32,000 nucleotides of DNA, from positions 120,001 through 152,000 of the forward strand of contig NC_017262.1 of NCBI RefSeq assembly GCF_000175255.2, given 5' to 3'. Below, piece by piece: positions 18,567-29,807 of this stretch. Each line of letters begins with the position of its first letter. The first letter of the stretch is position 1. This DNA is from Zymomonas mobilis subsp. mobilis ATCC 10988 (GTDB lineage Bacteria; Pseudomonadota; Alphaproteobacteria; Sphingomonadales; Sphingomonadaceae). A program made the position numbers and the translations under genes. A model generated the notes under the pieces. That model was given only the letters and a program-made list of their open reading frames with translations. It was not told the DNA's origin and did not search any database.

Positions 18567-19512
18567 TCGTAAAATCAATATAAGTGATATTACCCGCTTT
18601 GATTTTAATCTGGTGATTACCTTCTTGGCCTTGTGGCATGAAAGAAGCGTAACCAAAGCGGCGGCCCGTCTTTCGCTAAGCCAATCCGCTGTCAGTGCCT
18701 CTTTAAGCCGCCTCCGGCAGGCTGCGGATGACCTGCTTTTCATCCGAACTCGCCAAGGCATGGAACCGACACAACGTGCCATAGATATGGTTGAATCTCT
18801 ATCCGAAGGCGCAACTCTTATTTACAACGCCTTTATTTCTGAAAATGAATTCGACCCAGCCCGATGTAACAGGCATTTTTCAATCGGAATGTCCGATGAT
18901 TTCCAATTAGCTCTGGGATCAGAAATATCGAAACAAATACAGGCTATCGCCCCAGATGCCTCGGTCGTCTATCGGCAAACAAACCGCTACACAGCGCAAC
19001 AGATGCTCGAAAATAATGATATTGATCTGGCTATTGTTACAGCTTCGCTGCCTCGTCGGGGATTATGGCAACAAGTCATCGGAGAAGGCGGTTACGCTTG
19101 TCTATGCGATGCCCAAAGCTGCGGTTTTTCTGAAAATCCGACATTGGAGGCGTATCTTTCACTGCCGCATATCTTGGTTTCTTATTCAGGCAGGGAAGGG
19201 CTGGTTGATGAAATATTATCAATAATGGGACGGTCTCGAAAAATTCAGACGGCTCTGACTCATTTCGCGGCACTTCCACCTTTTCTGCTTGGGTCAAAAA
19301 GCATCGCGACTATTCCAAGCCATGCCGCTATCAGCCTTGCTGGATATACCGGATTAACGATATTTGAGGCACCTTTGGAATTAACAGCCTACCCCATCAT
19401 CGCAACGATGCGCTTATCCTCACAAAAAGACACCGCCCTTTTATGGCTGTTTCAAATTATAAAACAGGCCATCAGGGTTCAACAGAATATCTTACCGCCA
19501 CCACAATCTTAA
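18562..19512 (+). CDS. LysR-family transcriptional regulator, divergent from the nitrilase gene
   Basis: HTH region FLALWHERSVTKAAARLSLSQSAVSASLSRLRQAADDLLFIR; MIRKINISD start preferred over the track start at 18463, which would overlap the nitrilase gene. Confidence 0.9.
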   Translation: MIRKINISDITRFDFNLVITFLALWHERSVTKAAARLSLSQSAVSASLSRLRQAADDLLFIRTRQGMEPTQRAIDMVESLSEGATLIYNAFISENEFDPARCNRHFSIGMSDDFQLALGSEISKQIQAIAPDASVVYRQTNRYTAQQMLENNDIDLAIVTASLPRRGLWQQVIGEGGYACLCDAQSCGFSENPTLEAYLSLPHILVSYSGREGLVDEILSIMGRSRKIQTALTHFAALPPFLLGSKSIATIPSHAAISLAGYTGLTIFEAPLELTAYPIIATMRLSSQKDTALLWLFQIIKQAIRVQQNILPPPQS

Positions 19513-20001
19513 GGCTTTTTCTGGTATATTGACTGATATTTTTGACCCGACAGCTTCACATTACCCAAGATATTCATCTGTCATCCCTATCTTTTTGATG
19601 GCAGATATCAAAGTCTGACTATTCTTATACTTTTGGTGATCTCGGATAAGAATGAAACAACGAGGGTGGCGAAATTTATTTACGTCAATCATGATATATA
19701 ATAAAATAAAAAAACTATAAATAATTACAATATTTTACATTTCTTTTGTAAAATTTTATTTATTTTTCATTTTTTAAAAAATAAGTTTAATTTGAAAGGC
19801 TATAAAAAATTTACAGCAAAAAAATTATCTTAAAATAAGGAAGGAAAAGGGCAGTTTAAAAAAAGGCATTAAGAACAATCTGTTACCTTTTTTTCGGCTA
19901 ATTATATCTATCAGGGTGCATAGCCATTTTTCTGTAACCCTATTAAGATACAGAGCAACTAATCATCCCTTAAATCATTTTTTTAAAAAAAGGGTGGAAA
20001 C

Positions 20002-20319
20002 ATGAATCTGATACAAAAGCTTTTATATTTCTTAGGCTGGAAAACAAAAAAACATACGGAGACAGAGCCTGCTACCCATCATCCGATTATTCCGCATGAC
20101 GTGAATTGCTACAGTTCTGATTTCCCGCCTGCATTGATGCAAAATTTTACCTTGCTTGAAGAGGCATGGGAAAAAGGCCTGCTAACGGAAGATGAATTTC
20201 TGCTTGCAGAAGACAAGGCCGTGCGCCTTTATCAGGATATTACGAAAACCAGCGAATATTTTTACGAGACCTATCGCTTGGCGATCCAGCGCGTTGGCAA
20301 TCTTCCTGTTGAAGAATAG
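20002..20319 (+). CDS. Hypothetical small acidic protein, 105 aa
   Basis: ORF with AGGGTGG Shine-Dalgarno before ATG; no recognised family. Confidence 0.6.
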   Translation: MNLIQKLLYFLGWKTKKHTETEPATHHPIIPHDVNCYSSDFPPALMQNFTLLEEAWEKGLLTEDEFLLAEDKAVRLYQDITKTSEYFYETYRLAIQRVGNLPVEE

Positions 20320-20373
20320 TAAACCCCAAAAATGGATTGGCCTCCCTTTTTTAAAAAGGTAAAATAGGCCAGC

Positions 20374-20568
20374 TTGGCAATCAGGAAATCGAAATTGGCC
20401 AATAACGTAATAACAGACCAAACATCGCATCAAAACAATATCACAGAACAACCAGACCCTTTTGATCCGGCACCGCATCGGGATGTTTCTTTCTCGACTA
20501 TCCTGCTCTTTTGTCTGGCATTGGGGGTGGTCATTTTCAATTTTGCTGCCAACCGCCTAAAAAAATAG
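20374..20568 (+). CDS. Hypothetical small single-pass membrane protein, 64 aa
   Basis: ORF (TTG start) ending in one hydrophobic helix FSTILLFCLALGVVIFNFAANRLKK. Confidence 0.4.
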   Translation: MAIRKSKLANNVITDQTSHQNNITEQPDPFDPAPHRDVSFSTILLFCLALGVVIFNFAANRLKK

Positions 20569-20695
20569 CCCGACAAGACTATCCCCCTTCTTATAGGGGC
20601 TATGCCCATAAATTTTACAAAGTTTTTACGGGCATTATAATTCTTATCAGGTCTTCGCCCTCAATTGATAGAATAGCTCATCTTTTAAGAATTAC

Positions 20696-21427
20696 TCACC
20701 CTTTATGGGCATTATGTCTTGGTTTTTCCAAGGTTGAAAGCACGCCCCGCAATGTCCGTATCTCCATGCTATTCCATGATGGCTTTGTCAAAAGCGTCCG
20801 CAAAGTTCTTTTGATTGTCGGGATACGCGGTATCGGGAAAAAATAGCCATTTTTATCAAGCATATTTTCCAAATGCCCGATCATGGCTTCCAATTCTTCT
20901 TGGGGGGCCGGCGGTTCCATGTCCACTTTTGTCGGCTGGGCTAAAGTTTGCCCTTTTGACCATTCATAAGCCACAAGAATAACAGCCTGCGCTAAATTCA
21001 GACTTGAAAATTCGGGATTAACCGGAACCGTAATGATCGTTCTTGCCAAAGCGACATCATCCGTTTCCAATCCGGCTCTTTCGGGGCCAAACAGGATACC
21101 AACGCCACCTTCTTGCTCGTGAATAGTTTGCGCTGCCTGTTCAGGCGTCATCACCGGCTTGGTCACACCACGCTTGCGGACTGTTGTGGCATAGACATGC
21201 GCACAATCCGCCACAGCTTCTGCGACTGTCGGAAAAACGCGCGCTTGTTGTAATACGCGATCAGCCCCGCTCGCAGCAGGGCCCGCCGAAGGATTGGGCC
21301 ATCCATCACGGGGCGCAACAAGACGCAAATCATCCAGCCCAAAATTGAGCATAGCTCTTGCCGCTTTACCGATATTTTCGCCCAATTGCGGACGGACGAG
21401 GATAATAGCAGGTACAGCTTTACTCAT
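20696..21427 (-). CDS. trmJ: TrmJ-like tRNA/rRNA 2'-O-methyltransferase (SPOUT family)
   Basis: [54 protein letters not shown]. Confidence 0.9.
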
Positions 21428-21894
21428 TCTTTGACAGCTTCAATAACAGAACGGACAGATCGAGCGAAATCTTCGAAATCACGGGCTTCGGTAAAGTCCT
21501 TATAGACGCTGGCAAAACGAATATAAGCAACACTATCGAGCGTCCTCAATCCTTCCATCGTCATTTCACCAAGGCGAACAGCCGTAATCTCGCTTTCGCC
21601 CGAAGCCTCAATTTTCTGTTGGATAGAATTGACCAAAAGCTCGATCTGATCGGGCGATACAGGCCGCTTCCGGCATGCAATCGAGACCGAACGTATCAGC
21701 TTGCTCCGATCAAAAGGCTGGCGGTGGTCATCTTTTTTGATAACGACAATATCGCGCATATGGATACGCTCAAAAGTCGTAAATCGCGCACCGCATTCTT
21801 CACATTGCCGCCGCCGACGGATAGCCGTCCCATCTTCAGTGGGACGACTATCTTTCACTTGGCTATTTTCACAAGAACAAAAAGGACAGCGCAA
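21424..21894 (-). CDS. nrdR: Transcriptional repressor NrdR, TTG start
   Basis: (M)[42 protein letters not shown] zinc ribbon and ATP-cone; codon before RCPFC is TTG at 21894; longer track ORF overlaps glyA. Confidence 0.92.
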
Positions 21895-21898
21895 GAGA

Positions 21899-23188
21899 TT
21901 ACAATTCCGGATAAAGTGGGAAGCGATCACAAAGCGCTTCGACACGCTGACGAACAGCGGTTTCAACCGCCGGATCACCTTGTTCGCCCTTGCTGCTCAA
22001 CGCATCAAGAACATCAGCAATCATATCAGCGACCTGAAGGAATTCCGCTTTACGGAAACCGCGGGTCGTCGCCGCAGGCGATCCCAGACGGATACCGGAG
22101 GTTTTAACTGGCGGTAACGGATCGAAAGGAATACCGTTTTTGTTGCAGGTGATACCGGCGCGTTCCAAAGCGCAATCAGCATCACGGCCAGTCACACCCA
22201 AAGGCCGAAGATCAACCAAAGCCAGATGCGTATCCGTGCCACCCGTTACGAGATCGCTACCGCGTTCTTTCAAGCGCGCTGCCAAGGCTTGAGCATTTTC
22301 GACAACAGCTTTTGCATATTCCTTGAAAGAAGGCTGCAAGGCCTCACCGAAAGCAACTGCTTTTGCCGCGATGACATGCATCAAGGGGCCACCCTGCATA
22401 CCAGGGAAGACAGCCGAATTGATTTTCTTTGCCAAAGCCGGATCATCAGTCAAGATCATACCACCGCGCGGGCCCCGCAAGGTCTTATGCGTCGTCGTGG
22501 TCGTGATATGCGCATGTGGCACAGGTGAAGGATGAACACCGCCAGCAACCAGACCCGCAAAATGCGCCATATCAACCATAAAGGTAGCTCCGACTTCATC
22601 GGCAACCTTACGGAAGAAGGCGAAATCGATATGACGGGGATAGGCTGAGCCACCCGCAATGATAACGCGCGGCTTGTTTTTCAAAGCCAGATCGCGCACC
22701 TGATCGTAATCGATCAACTGGGTTTCAGGATGCACCGCATACTGAACTGCATTGAACCATTTGCCAGACATGGCCGCCTTGGCACCATGGGTCAAATGCC
22801 CACCGGCATCCAAAGACAGACCCATAATGGTATCGCCGGGCTTCGCGACCGCTAAAAGAACGGCACCATTTGCCTGAGCGCCGGAATGCGGCTGAACATT
22901 GACGAATTCGCTGCCGAATAATTTCTTGGCGCGTTCGATAGCCAGCGTTTCGATTTCATCGGAAGGGGCGCAACCCTGATAATAGCGCTTACCGGGATAG
23001 CCTTCAGCATATTTATTGGTAAAGACAGAACCTTGCGCTTCTAGAACAGCACGGCTGACAATATTTTCAGAAGCGATAAGCTCGATCTGCTTGCGCTGGC
23101 GGTTCAATTCATGATTGATCGCTGTCAACACATCGGGATCAGCCGCAGCCAAGCGATCGGTAAAGAAAGATGCCGTTTCTTTAGTCAT
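21899..23188 (-). CDS. glyA: Serine hydroxymethyltransferase
   Basis: [39 protein letters not shown]-lysine motif; 429 aa. Confidence 0.97.
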   Translation of the reverse strand: MTKETASFFTDRLAAADPDVLTAINHELNRQRKQIELIASENIVSRAVLEAQGSVFTNKYAEGYPGKRYYQGCAPSDEIETLAIERAKKLFGSEFVNVQPHSGAQANGAVLLAVAKPGDTIMGLSLDAGGHLTHGAKAAMSGKWFNAVQYAVHPETQLIDYDQVRDLALKNKPRVIIAGGSAYPRHIDFAFFRKVADEVGATFMVDMAHFAGLVAGGVHPSPVPHAHITTTTTHKTLRGPRGGMILTDDPALAKKINSAVFPGMQGGPLMHVIAAKAVAFGEALQPSFKEYAKAVVENAQALAARLKERGSDLVTGGTDTHLALVDLRPLGVTGRDADCALERAGITCNKNGIPFDPLPPVKTSGIRLGSPAATTRGFRKAEFLQVADMIADVLDALSSKGEQGDPAVETAVRQRVEALCDRFPLYPEL

Positions 23189-23207
23189 AGAGGATTAAGC
23201 CCTTAAA

Positions 23208-23681
23208 CTAGATATTGAACTGAGGATTCGAAAGTTTATCGATGCGGCGAACATGACGTTCACCTCCAAACGGCGTTGCAAGGAAAGCTGAAATACAATC
23301 CTTAGCGGTTTCAATGCCGATCAATCTCGCACCCATAGCGATAACATTGGCATTGTTATGTTCTCTTGCCAAACGGGCGGTAAGGTTATCCGTAATCAAA
23401 GCGCAACGGGCAGCCGGATGGCGATTGACAGCGATCGAGATACCGATTCCCGAGCCACATAAAGCAATACCGAAATCAGCGGTTTTTTCCGCGATAGCGA
23501 CAGCCAACTTATAACCGTAATCGGGATAATCGACTGAATGGTTTTCATGAGGGCCAAGGTCTTCGACCTCATGACCAAGCTCTTTCAGCCAAGTAATCAA
23601 GGTTGATTTCAACTCAAATGCTGCGTGATCGGAAGCAATCACCAGCTTTTTTTTCGTATTTGATGGCACAGCAGAGGTCAC
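23208..23681 (-). CDS. rpiB: Ribose-5-phosphate isomerase B
   Basis: IASDHAAFELK, CGSGIGISIAVNRHPAARCAL, REHNNANVIAMGARLIG. Confidence 0.96.
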   Translation of the reverse strand: MTSAVPSNTKKKLVIASDHAAFELKSTLITWLKELGHEVEDLGPHENHSVDYPDYGYKLAVAIAEKTADFGIALCGSGIGISIAVNRHPAARCALITDNLTARLAREHNNANVIAMGARLIGIETAKDCISAFLATPFGGERHVRRIDKLSNPQFNI

Positions 23682-23828
23682 CTAAATTTTCCCCAAGTCA
23701 AACCTTGTCTGTTTTTTTATCCAGCAAGATAAAATTCCAGAAAGCAAGCCCTTTCAGGCCTTAAAGCGCCTTTGTTCTTAAGCATTTCAATCAGGAATGA
23801 AAACCATTTGCTATAATCAAAAGCAGAA

Positions 23829-23862
23829 AAAACCGACCTGAGAGCAAAAACAGGTCGGTTTT
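23829..23862 (-). terminator. Rho-independent terminator of hemA
   Basis: AAAACCGACCTG-AGAGCAAAAA-CAGGTCGGTTTT, 12-bp perfect stem; T-run on both strands. Confidence 0.85.
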
Positions 23863-23899
23863 TATCATTATTTAACAAAAATTAAAATAAAATAATAAA

Positions 23900-25114
23900 T
23901 TATGCGGCAAAACGCATATCAAGGCGATGCCAAATCGCAACCAGAGAGTCAGTTAATTCACGCAGCATCGCTTCATTATGGGTCGGGCCCGGTGTAAAGC
24001 GCAGTCTTTCGGTGCCACGCGGGACAGTCGGGAAATTGATCGGCTGGACATAAGCGCCATATTCATTCAGCAAAATGTCTGAAATCCGCTTGGTCTTGAC
24101 CGCATCACCGACAAATAACGGGACAATATGGGTCGTCGTTGCCATGACCGGCAAACCGGCATCCTTAAACATCTGCTTTAATAAAGCGGCATGCTTCTGC
24201 TGGGCTTCCCGTTCTTTAGAAGATATCTTCAAATGGCGGATACTGGCCAAAGCGCCTGCGGCCAATACCGGTGCAAGCGAAGTGGAAAAGATAAAGCCCG
24301 GAGCATAGGAACGAATGACATCCACGATCAACTGATCGGCGGCGATGTAGCCGCCCATCACACCAATCGCCTTCGCCAAGGTGCCTTCAATGATGGTCAG
24401 ACGATCGGCCAAGCCTTCACGATCGGCGATACCGGCACCACGCGGGCCATACATACCGACGGCATGAACTTCATCGAGATAGGTAATGGCATTGTATTTG
24501 TCGGCAAGGTCACAAATTGCCGCAATAGGGGCAATATCGCCTTCCATAGAATAAACGCTTTCAAAAGCGATCAGCTTCGGCAGGTCTGGATTTTCAGCCG
24601 CCAGCAATTCTTCCAGATGGGCAAGATCATTATGCCGATAAATCCGCTTTTCACAACGTGAATTACGGATACCGGCGATCATGGAAGCATGGTTCAATTC
24701 ATCGGAAAAGATAACGCATCCCGGCAAAACCTTAGCAATCGTGGACAAGGTCGCTTCATTGGACACAAAACCGGAAGTAAAGGTAAGCGCGGCTTCTTTG
24801 CCATGCCATTCCGCTAATTCGGCTTCCAATTCGCTATGATAATGGGTGGTTCCGCTGATATTGCGGGTGCCGCCCGAACCTGCACCGACGTTATTCAGGG
24901 CTTCTTCCATGGCCGAAATAACATCGGGATTTTGCCCCATCGACAAATAGTCATTGGAACACCAAACTGTAATTGGGGTCGGGCCATTATGACCGGCGAA
25001 ACAACGGGCATTGGGGAAATGACCTTTATTCCGCAAAATATCGATAAACACACGATAGCGGCCTTCTTTATGCAGGCGCTCAATCGCTTGGCTGAAAATA
25101 TGTTTGTAATCCAA
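23900..25114 (-). CDS. hemA: 5-aminolevulinate synthase
   Basis: [56 protein letters not shown]; 404 aa. Confidence 0.96.
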   Translation of the reverse strand: MDYKHIFSQAIERLHKEGRYRVFIDILRNKGHFPNARCFAGHNGPTPITVWCSNDYLSMGQNPDVISAMEEALNNVGAGSGGTRNISGTTHYHSELEAELAEWHGKEAALTFTSGFVSNEATLSTIAKVLPGCVIFSDELNHASMIAGIRNSRCEKRIYRHNDLAHLEELLAAENPDLPKLIAFESVYSMEGDIAPIAAICDLADKYNAITYLDEVHAVGMYGPRGAGIADREGLADRLTIIEGTLAKAIGVMGGYIAADQLIVDVIRSYAPGFIFSTSLAPVLAAGALASIRHLKISSKEREAQQKHAALLKQMFKDAGLPVMATTTHIVPLFVGDAVKTKRISDILLNEYGAYVQPINFPTVPRGTERLRFTPGPTHNEAMLRELTDSLVAIWHRLDMRFAA

Positions 25115-25249
25115 AGGATGACACTCCTTTTGACGAAAGAGGCTTTTGTGACAGCCTGACTATAAGAAGGAAGAATAGATCCGCTTTTAACCCTGTCTTA
25201 AAGATCAGACTAGGGAAAAAACGAAAAAAACAAAATAATCTGGTCGATT

Positions 25250-26080
25250 TCAGAGAAAGACAATTTCGTTTAATCCCCGCTTCTTAATATTTTCCCTAAA
25301 AGGCATAAGAATTTCAGTCGGTGCCGTATAAAGCAACTGACCCTTAGGGGGGTGTTTTTCATTTGGCTTTACGGGGCATAATGATTTTAATTCGCATTTA
25401 CTCGCTAATTGATCGGCCAAATATCTGGCTCTTCTCGCGATGCCTTCACTGCCATCAATAAATAACAGGGGACGGGGCGAAACCGCCTCCAATTCTTCTT
25501 TGACCAAAGGAAAATGGGTGCAGGCCAAAACCACGACATCAATCTGGTCACCTTCTGGCTGCTGTAACAGACGGTCTAATTCTGCGCGATAAAGGGCAAG
25601 ATCGCTTTTTTCGCCCCGTAATTTGGCTTCGGCCAAAGTTACCAGATTGGCAGAACCTTGCCGTATTACGGTACAATCGCTGGCAAATTCTTCCGACAGA
25701 TGATCGACATAAGGCTGACGAATGGTTGCTTCTGTCCCCAAGACTCCAAAAACGTGACTTTTAGATAATAATGCCGCTGGTTTGATCGCTGGCACCGTGC
25801 CGACAACCGGAATTTGTAACGCTGACCGAATAAAGGGCAGGGCAATAGTCGAGGCGGTATTACAGGCAATCACTAATAAAGCCGGATCATACCGTTCGAC
25901 CAAACGCCCTAATAAGGCCGGCACACGGGTGGCAATCTCTTCTTCGCTTTTGGTGCCATAAGGAAAACCGCCATTATCCGCGACATAAAGGATTGGCGCT
26001 TCCGGCAAAGCCTTTTTGACGGCGGCCAAAACTGACAAACCGCCCACACCAGAATCAAAAAATAAGACAGGACGGGACAT
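25250..26080 (-). CDS. murI: Glutamate racemase
   Basis: FFDSGVGGLSVLAAV, NTAS and CTHFP catalytic cysteine motifs. Confidence 0.95.
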   Translation of the reverse strand: MSRPVLFFDSGVGGLSVLAAVKKALPEAPILYVADNGGFPYGTKSEEEIATRVPALLGRLVERYDPALLVIACNTASTIALPFIRSALQIPVVGTVPAIKPAALLSKSHVFGVLGTEATIRQPYVDHLSEEFASDCTVIRQGSANLVTLAEAKLRGEKSDLALYRAELDRLLQQPEGDQIDVVVLACTHFPLVKEELEAVSPRPLLFIDGSEGIARRARYLADQLASKCELKSLCPVKPNEKHPPKGQLLYTAPTEILMPFRENIKKRGLNEIVFL

Positions 26081-26104
26081 TCTTTATCCTTGAATAGAGT
26101 CTCA

Positions 26105-27553
26105 CTAAGAGCGGTTTTTTCTTAAAATCGGCTTTTTCAGCAAATGCGACAAACTGACCATACAGGCCGCAAAAGCAATAAAAATACCGATCCGCAACGC
26201 GATTTCTGCCCCATGATCGCTCGAAAGATAAAGGCAAAAGGCGACCAATGTCGCGCCAGTAGTCTGTCCCAAAATACGGGAAATCCCTAAAACACCACTT
26301 GCCGCCCCGCTACGGGTCGTCGGCGCACTACTCATCAAGGCGCGTTGATTGGGCGATAGAAAGAAACCAAAACCGCCACCACATAAAGCCATCATGATAA
26401 CGGCTATAATGGGTTTTGTATGGGGCGGTAAAACAGAAATAACACCAATCCCCAATCCTAGAATAGCGAGGCCTATCCCACCCAAAATACCGGCTGGATA
26501 TCGGTCAGACAAACGCCCCGCAATCGGAGCCAGAAACGCCCCCATTAACGGCCAAGGGGCGATTAAAAAACCGGTCATAATGACATCAAATCCAAGCTTG
26601 CCTTGTAACAGAAAAGGCATTGCTACAAAAATCATACCCTGCACAATAAAGGCTAAAAAAGCAGTAATGGCCGATAACGAAAAGAAGGAAATACGGAATA
26701 AATCAACCGCCAATAACGGTCTTTCATGGGAAGACTGCCACCTAACCAGAAATATGCCCAGAATAAGGGCAACTGCCTCTTCAATAATCGGAAGGGACGT
26801 CATGGAACCATGGGCAAGTTGCCCTAAACCATGCACCCATAAAGCAAATAGACTGGCACAGATAACAGCCGGAACAACATCAAATTTCTGACTCTTGCCT
26901 TTATCTTCTTTGGGTAATTTCTGCCATGATAGGAAAAAGGCCAAAATACAGATAGGGACATTGATTAAAAACAACCAATGCCATGATGTGAAAGATAAAA
27001 TAATCGAAGCCATTGGCGGGCCCGCCGCAAAGCTAAAGGCCATAACAAGGGCATTTAGACCAAGACCTCTTCCCAAAATACGGGCAGGATATATTTGACG
27101 GACCAAAGCGGTATTGGCTGACATAATGGCCGCCGCCCCAATGCCTTGCACAAAACGCGCCGCCACTAAACCCAGAAAAGAAGGTGATATACCACAGGCC
27201 AAAGAAGCCAGAATAAACACGCCAAGACCGGTCAGAAAGACTTTCCGATGTCCTTTTAAATCGCCATAAGCGGCAAAAGGCAGCATGGCGGCCACCATAG
27301 ACATTTGATAGGCGGTAATAATCCAGACGGAATCTGAATGGCCAACGCCCAAATCTTTCGCGATTGAAGGGAGGGCGGTGTTGACAATAGCGGTATCAAG
27401 AATGGCCATCGCCACAGAAACCGATATGGCACCCATCGCTTGATTTCTGTTTTGTCGGGTCATCCCTTCAACATCAGAAGAATTTGCTTGGCCGTTCTTT
27501 TGGTCATCTGGCATCATAAAATATCCATCAAGGCTCGACGTAATCTGCTTCAA
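26105..27553 (-). CDS. MFS exporter of the DHA2 (EmrB/QacA-like) type
   Basis: VSVAMAILDTAIVNTALPSIAKDLG, WIITAYQMSMVAAMLPFAAYGDLKGHRKVF, about 14 TM segments; real start may be 27517. Confidence 0.88.
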   Translation of the reverse strand: MKQITSSLDGYFMMPDDQKNGQANSSDVEGMTRQNRNQAMGAISVSVAMAILDTAIVNTALPSIAKDLGVGHSDSVWIITAYQMSMVAAMLPFAAYGDLKGHRKVFLTGLGVFILASLACGISPSFLGLVAARFVQGIGAAAIMSANTALVRQIYPARILGRGLGLNALVMAFSFAAGPPMASIILSFTSWHWLFLINVPICILAFFLSWQKLPKEDKGKSQKFDVVPAVICASLFALWVHGLGQLAHGSMTSLPIIEEAVALILGIFLVRWQSSHERPLLAVDLFRISFFSLSAITAFLAFIVQGMIFVAMPFLLQGKLGFDVIMTGFLIAPWPLMGAFLAPIAGRLSDRYPAGILGGIGLAILGLGIGVISVLPPHTKPIIAVIMMALCGGGFGFFLSPNQRALMSSAPTTRSGAASGVLGISRILGQTTGATLVAFCLYLSSDHGAEIALRIGIFIAFAACMVSLSHLLKKPILRKNRS

Positions 27554-27792
27554 ATCAGAAATTTAACAAGGCCTATATTTTTTATTAGACCGTCTATGTC
27601 TTTAAATTTTGAAAAATACTACCGCCAGACCACAAAATATGTCTCACATGGGTTGTTTTAAAAATTTTCATTACCCAAAAATTGAAATTTGCTTTCTTTT
27701 AATGTGATAACAGGGGGTTTAGCCCGAAATCATTTGACCTTGCTTTCCCTATTTCATTCCGCTTTAAAGCTTCCATTTTGAAGCATATTTGA

Positions 27793-28449
27793 ATGATAAA
27801 GGCGGGTTTCATGTCGCTAGAGATGATTGCAGTTCTGATTTTTACGATGGGCTATCTGTTGGGATCCGTGCCTTTTGGCCTGATTTTAGCTCGTCTTTTC
27901 GGTTCTGTTGATGTCCGGCAGGTCGGTTCAGGTAATATCGGCGCAACCAATGTGCTTAGAACTGGACGGAAAGACTTGGCGGCTCTGACCTTGTTCTTCG
28001 ACATCGGTAAAGGTGCTTTAGCCGTTCTTCTCGCCCATGGCTTTTCCTATCACCTCTATCAACAAACCGGATGCGCTCCCGATCTCACATTGATTGCAGG
28101 GGCGGCGGCTTTTCTGGGACATTGCTATCCGGTCTGGCTCGGCTTCCGCGGCGGAAAAGGGGTCGCTACCATGCTCGGGGTTTCCTTTGCCGCTTGGTGG
28201 GTTGCGGGCGTGGTCTTTGCTGTTGCATGGCTTCTCTCTGCTAAAATCAGCCGTTATTCCTCGGTCGGCGGCATGGTTGGTGCGATTGCGGCTACGATTT
28301 CGGTTATGTTTATGCCTGCATCTCACGAAATTCATCAGGTCTATATTTCGCTTTTCTCTGGTATGACGATTTTATTATTGTGGCGGCATCGCGGTAATAT
28401 CAAAAGACTGTTATCAGGGCAGGAAAGCCGCATCGGCGACCCGCAATAA
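27793..28449 (+). CDS. plsY: Glycerol-3-phosphate acyltransferase PlsY
   Basis: GYLLGSVPFGLILARLFGSVDVRQVGSGNIGATNVLRTG, GHCYPVWLGFRGGKGVAT. Confidence 0.95.
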   Translation: MIKAGFMSLEMIAVLIFTMGYLLGSVPFGLILARLFGSVDVRQVGSGNIGATNVLRTGRKDLAALTLFFDIGKGALAVLLAHGFSYHLYQQTGCAPDLTLIAGAAAFLGHCYPVWLGFRGGKGVATMLGVSFAAWWVAGVVFAVAWLLSAKISRYSSVGGMVGAIAATISVMFMPASHEIHQVYISLFSGMTILLLWRHRGNIKRLLSGQESRIGDPQ

Positions 28450-28498
28450 AGCCCTCATTCAAAGGCGATCCGCGTTCATCCTATAACAGGCAAAGGTT

Positions 28499-29656
28499 AT
28501 GACCTCATCTCGCTTCCCGTCTATGACCGAGGAAGATTACCGCGCCTCTTTACGGCTTATCCGAACGCCCCGTATCGGGGCTGTAACCTATAACCGATTG
28601 ATAACCCGATATTCTTCACCCCAAGAAGCGCTAAAAGCCGTGCCGCTTCTGGCTAAAAGGGGCGGCGGCCAAGCGCCGAAAATCGCCTCGGAAAAAACGG
28701 TCAATGAAGAAATAGAGCAAGTCAAAACTTTAGGCGCGCGTTATATTTTTCGCCATACGCCTTATTATCCGCCGCTTCTCGATCAATTGGATAATGCCCC
28801 TCCGGTTCTCTTGGTGAAAGGGAATCCACGTTTATTGCAAAAACCGGCGATTGCGATGGTCGGGGCAAGAAATGCTTCGGCCGCTGCCTGCCGTTTTGCC
28901 CATGATCTCGGGCAAGAATTAGCGAATAAAGGCTATCCTGTTATCTCCGGTCTGGCACGCGGCATTGATACCGCCGCGCATCAAGGGGCGGGGATAGAGA
29001 AAACGATTGCGGTTATTGCGGGGGGTCTCGATAGCTTTTACCCACCCGAAAACAAAGAATTGCAGCAGGCTATTTCCGAAAAAGGCTTGGTCGTCAGTGA
29101 AATGCCGCCCAAAACCGAACCGAAAGCCCGCCATTTCCCAGCGCGAAATCGGATTATCGCCGGAATTGCCCTTGGCGTTTTGGTCGTCGAAGCCTCTCCT
29201 AAATCCGGTTCACTTATTACCGCCAAATTGGCGACAGAAATCGGGCGGGAAGTCATGGCCATTCCGGGCTTTCCGATGGATGCGCGCAGCCAAGGCTGTA
29301 ACCAACTTATCAGGGAAGGCGCGACACTGATCCAAAATAGTAATCAGATTATCGAGGCGGTTTCTGTCATGGCCGCGCTTTTTGAAGAACCCACCGAAAA
29401 AAGCCCCCTCGAACCGCGTTTTTCCGGCTTGGAAAATGGCCAGATTGGCTATCGTTCTTCTCCGGCCATTGCCGAGGTCAAGGCAAAGGAACGCGAAATT
29501 ATCCAAAGCCTGATTGGTTCAGCTCCTGTCGGGGTAAATGAACTTATCCGGCAATCAGGGCTAGAAAATGCGATAATCCAAACCATCTTATTGGAAATGG
29601 AGCTAGCTGGACGGCTCGAAAGTCATGCAGGCGGACGGGTAAGTCTGCTTTTTTGA
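28499..29656 (+). CDS. dprA: DNA processing protein DprA
   Basis: AMVGARNASAAACRFAHDLGQELA, VISGLARGIDTAAHQGA, FPARNRIIAGIALGVLVVEASPKSGSLITA; winged-helix C-terminus. Confidence 0.95.
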   Translation: MTSSRFPSMTEEDYRASLRLIRTPRIGAVTYNRLITRYSSPQEALKAVPLLAKRGGGQAPKIASEKTVNEEIEQVKTLGARYIFRHTPYYPPLLDQLDNAPPVLLVKGNPRLLQKPAIAMVGARNASAAACRFAHDLGQELANKGYPVISGLARGIDTAAHQGAGIEKTIAVIAGGLDSFYPPENKELQQAISEKGLVVSEMPPKTEPKARHFPARNRIIAGIALGVLVVEASPKSGSLITAKLATEIGREVMAIPGFPMDARSQGCNQLIREGATLIQNSNQIIEAVSVMAALFEEPTEKSPLEPRFSGLENGQIGYRSSPAIAEVKAKEREIIQSLIGSAPVGVNELIRQSGLENAIIQTILLEMELAGRLESHAGGRVSLLF

Positions 29657-29807
29657 ATGATTTTTTGTTGCTTTCAACTCTGCCCCGCGAATACAGAATA
29701 GATCAACGCTTGTCTGTTTATCATTTTTTCAAAGGGATTTTCCCCTTTGATAACGAAAAAAAAGGCTCACTCTCCGCCGTAAATTGCGCGGAATGGTCAG
29801 GAGTATC

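Noticed and set aside
22226-22535. Overlapping ORFs opposite glyA
   Set aside because: Antisense shadow ORFs of a highly conserved gene.
26349-26891. 180-aa plus-strand ORF opposite the MFS gene
   Set aside because: Shadow ORF of a clear 14-TM transporter; sequence is K/P/I-rich and unlike a folded protein.
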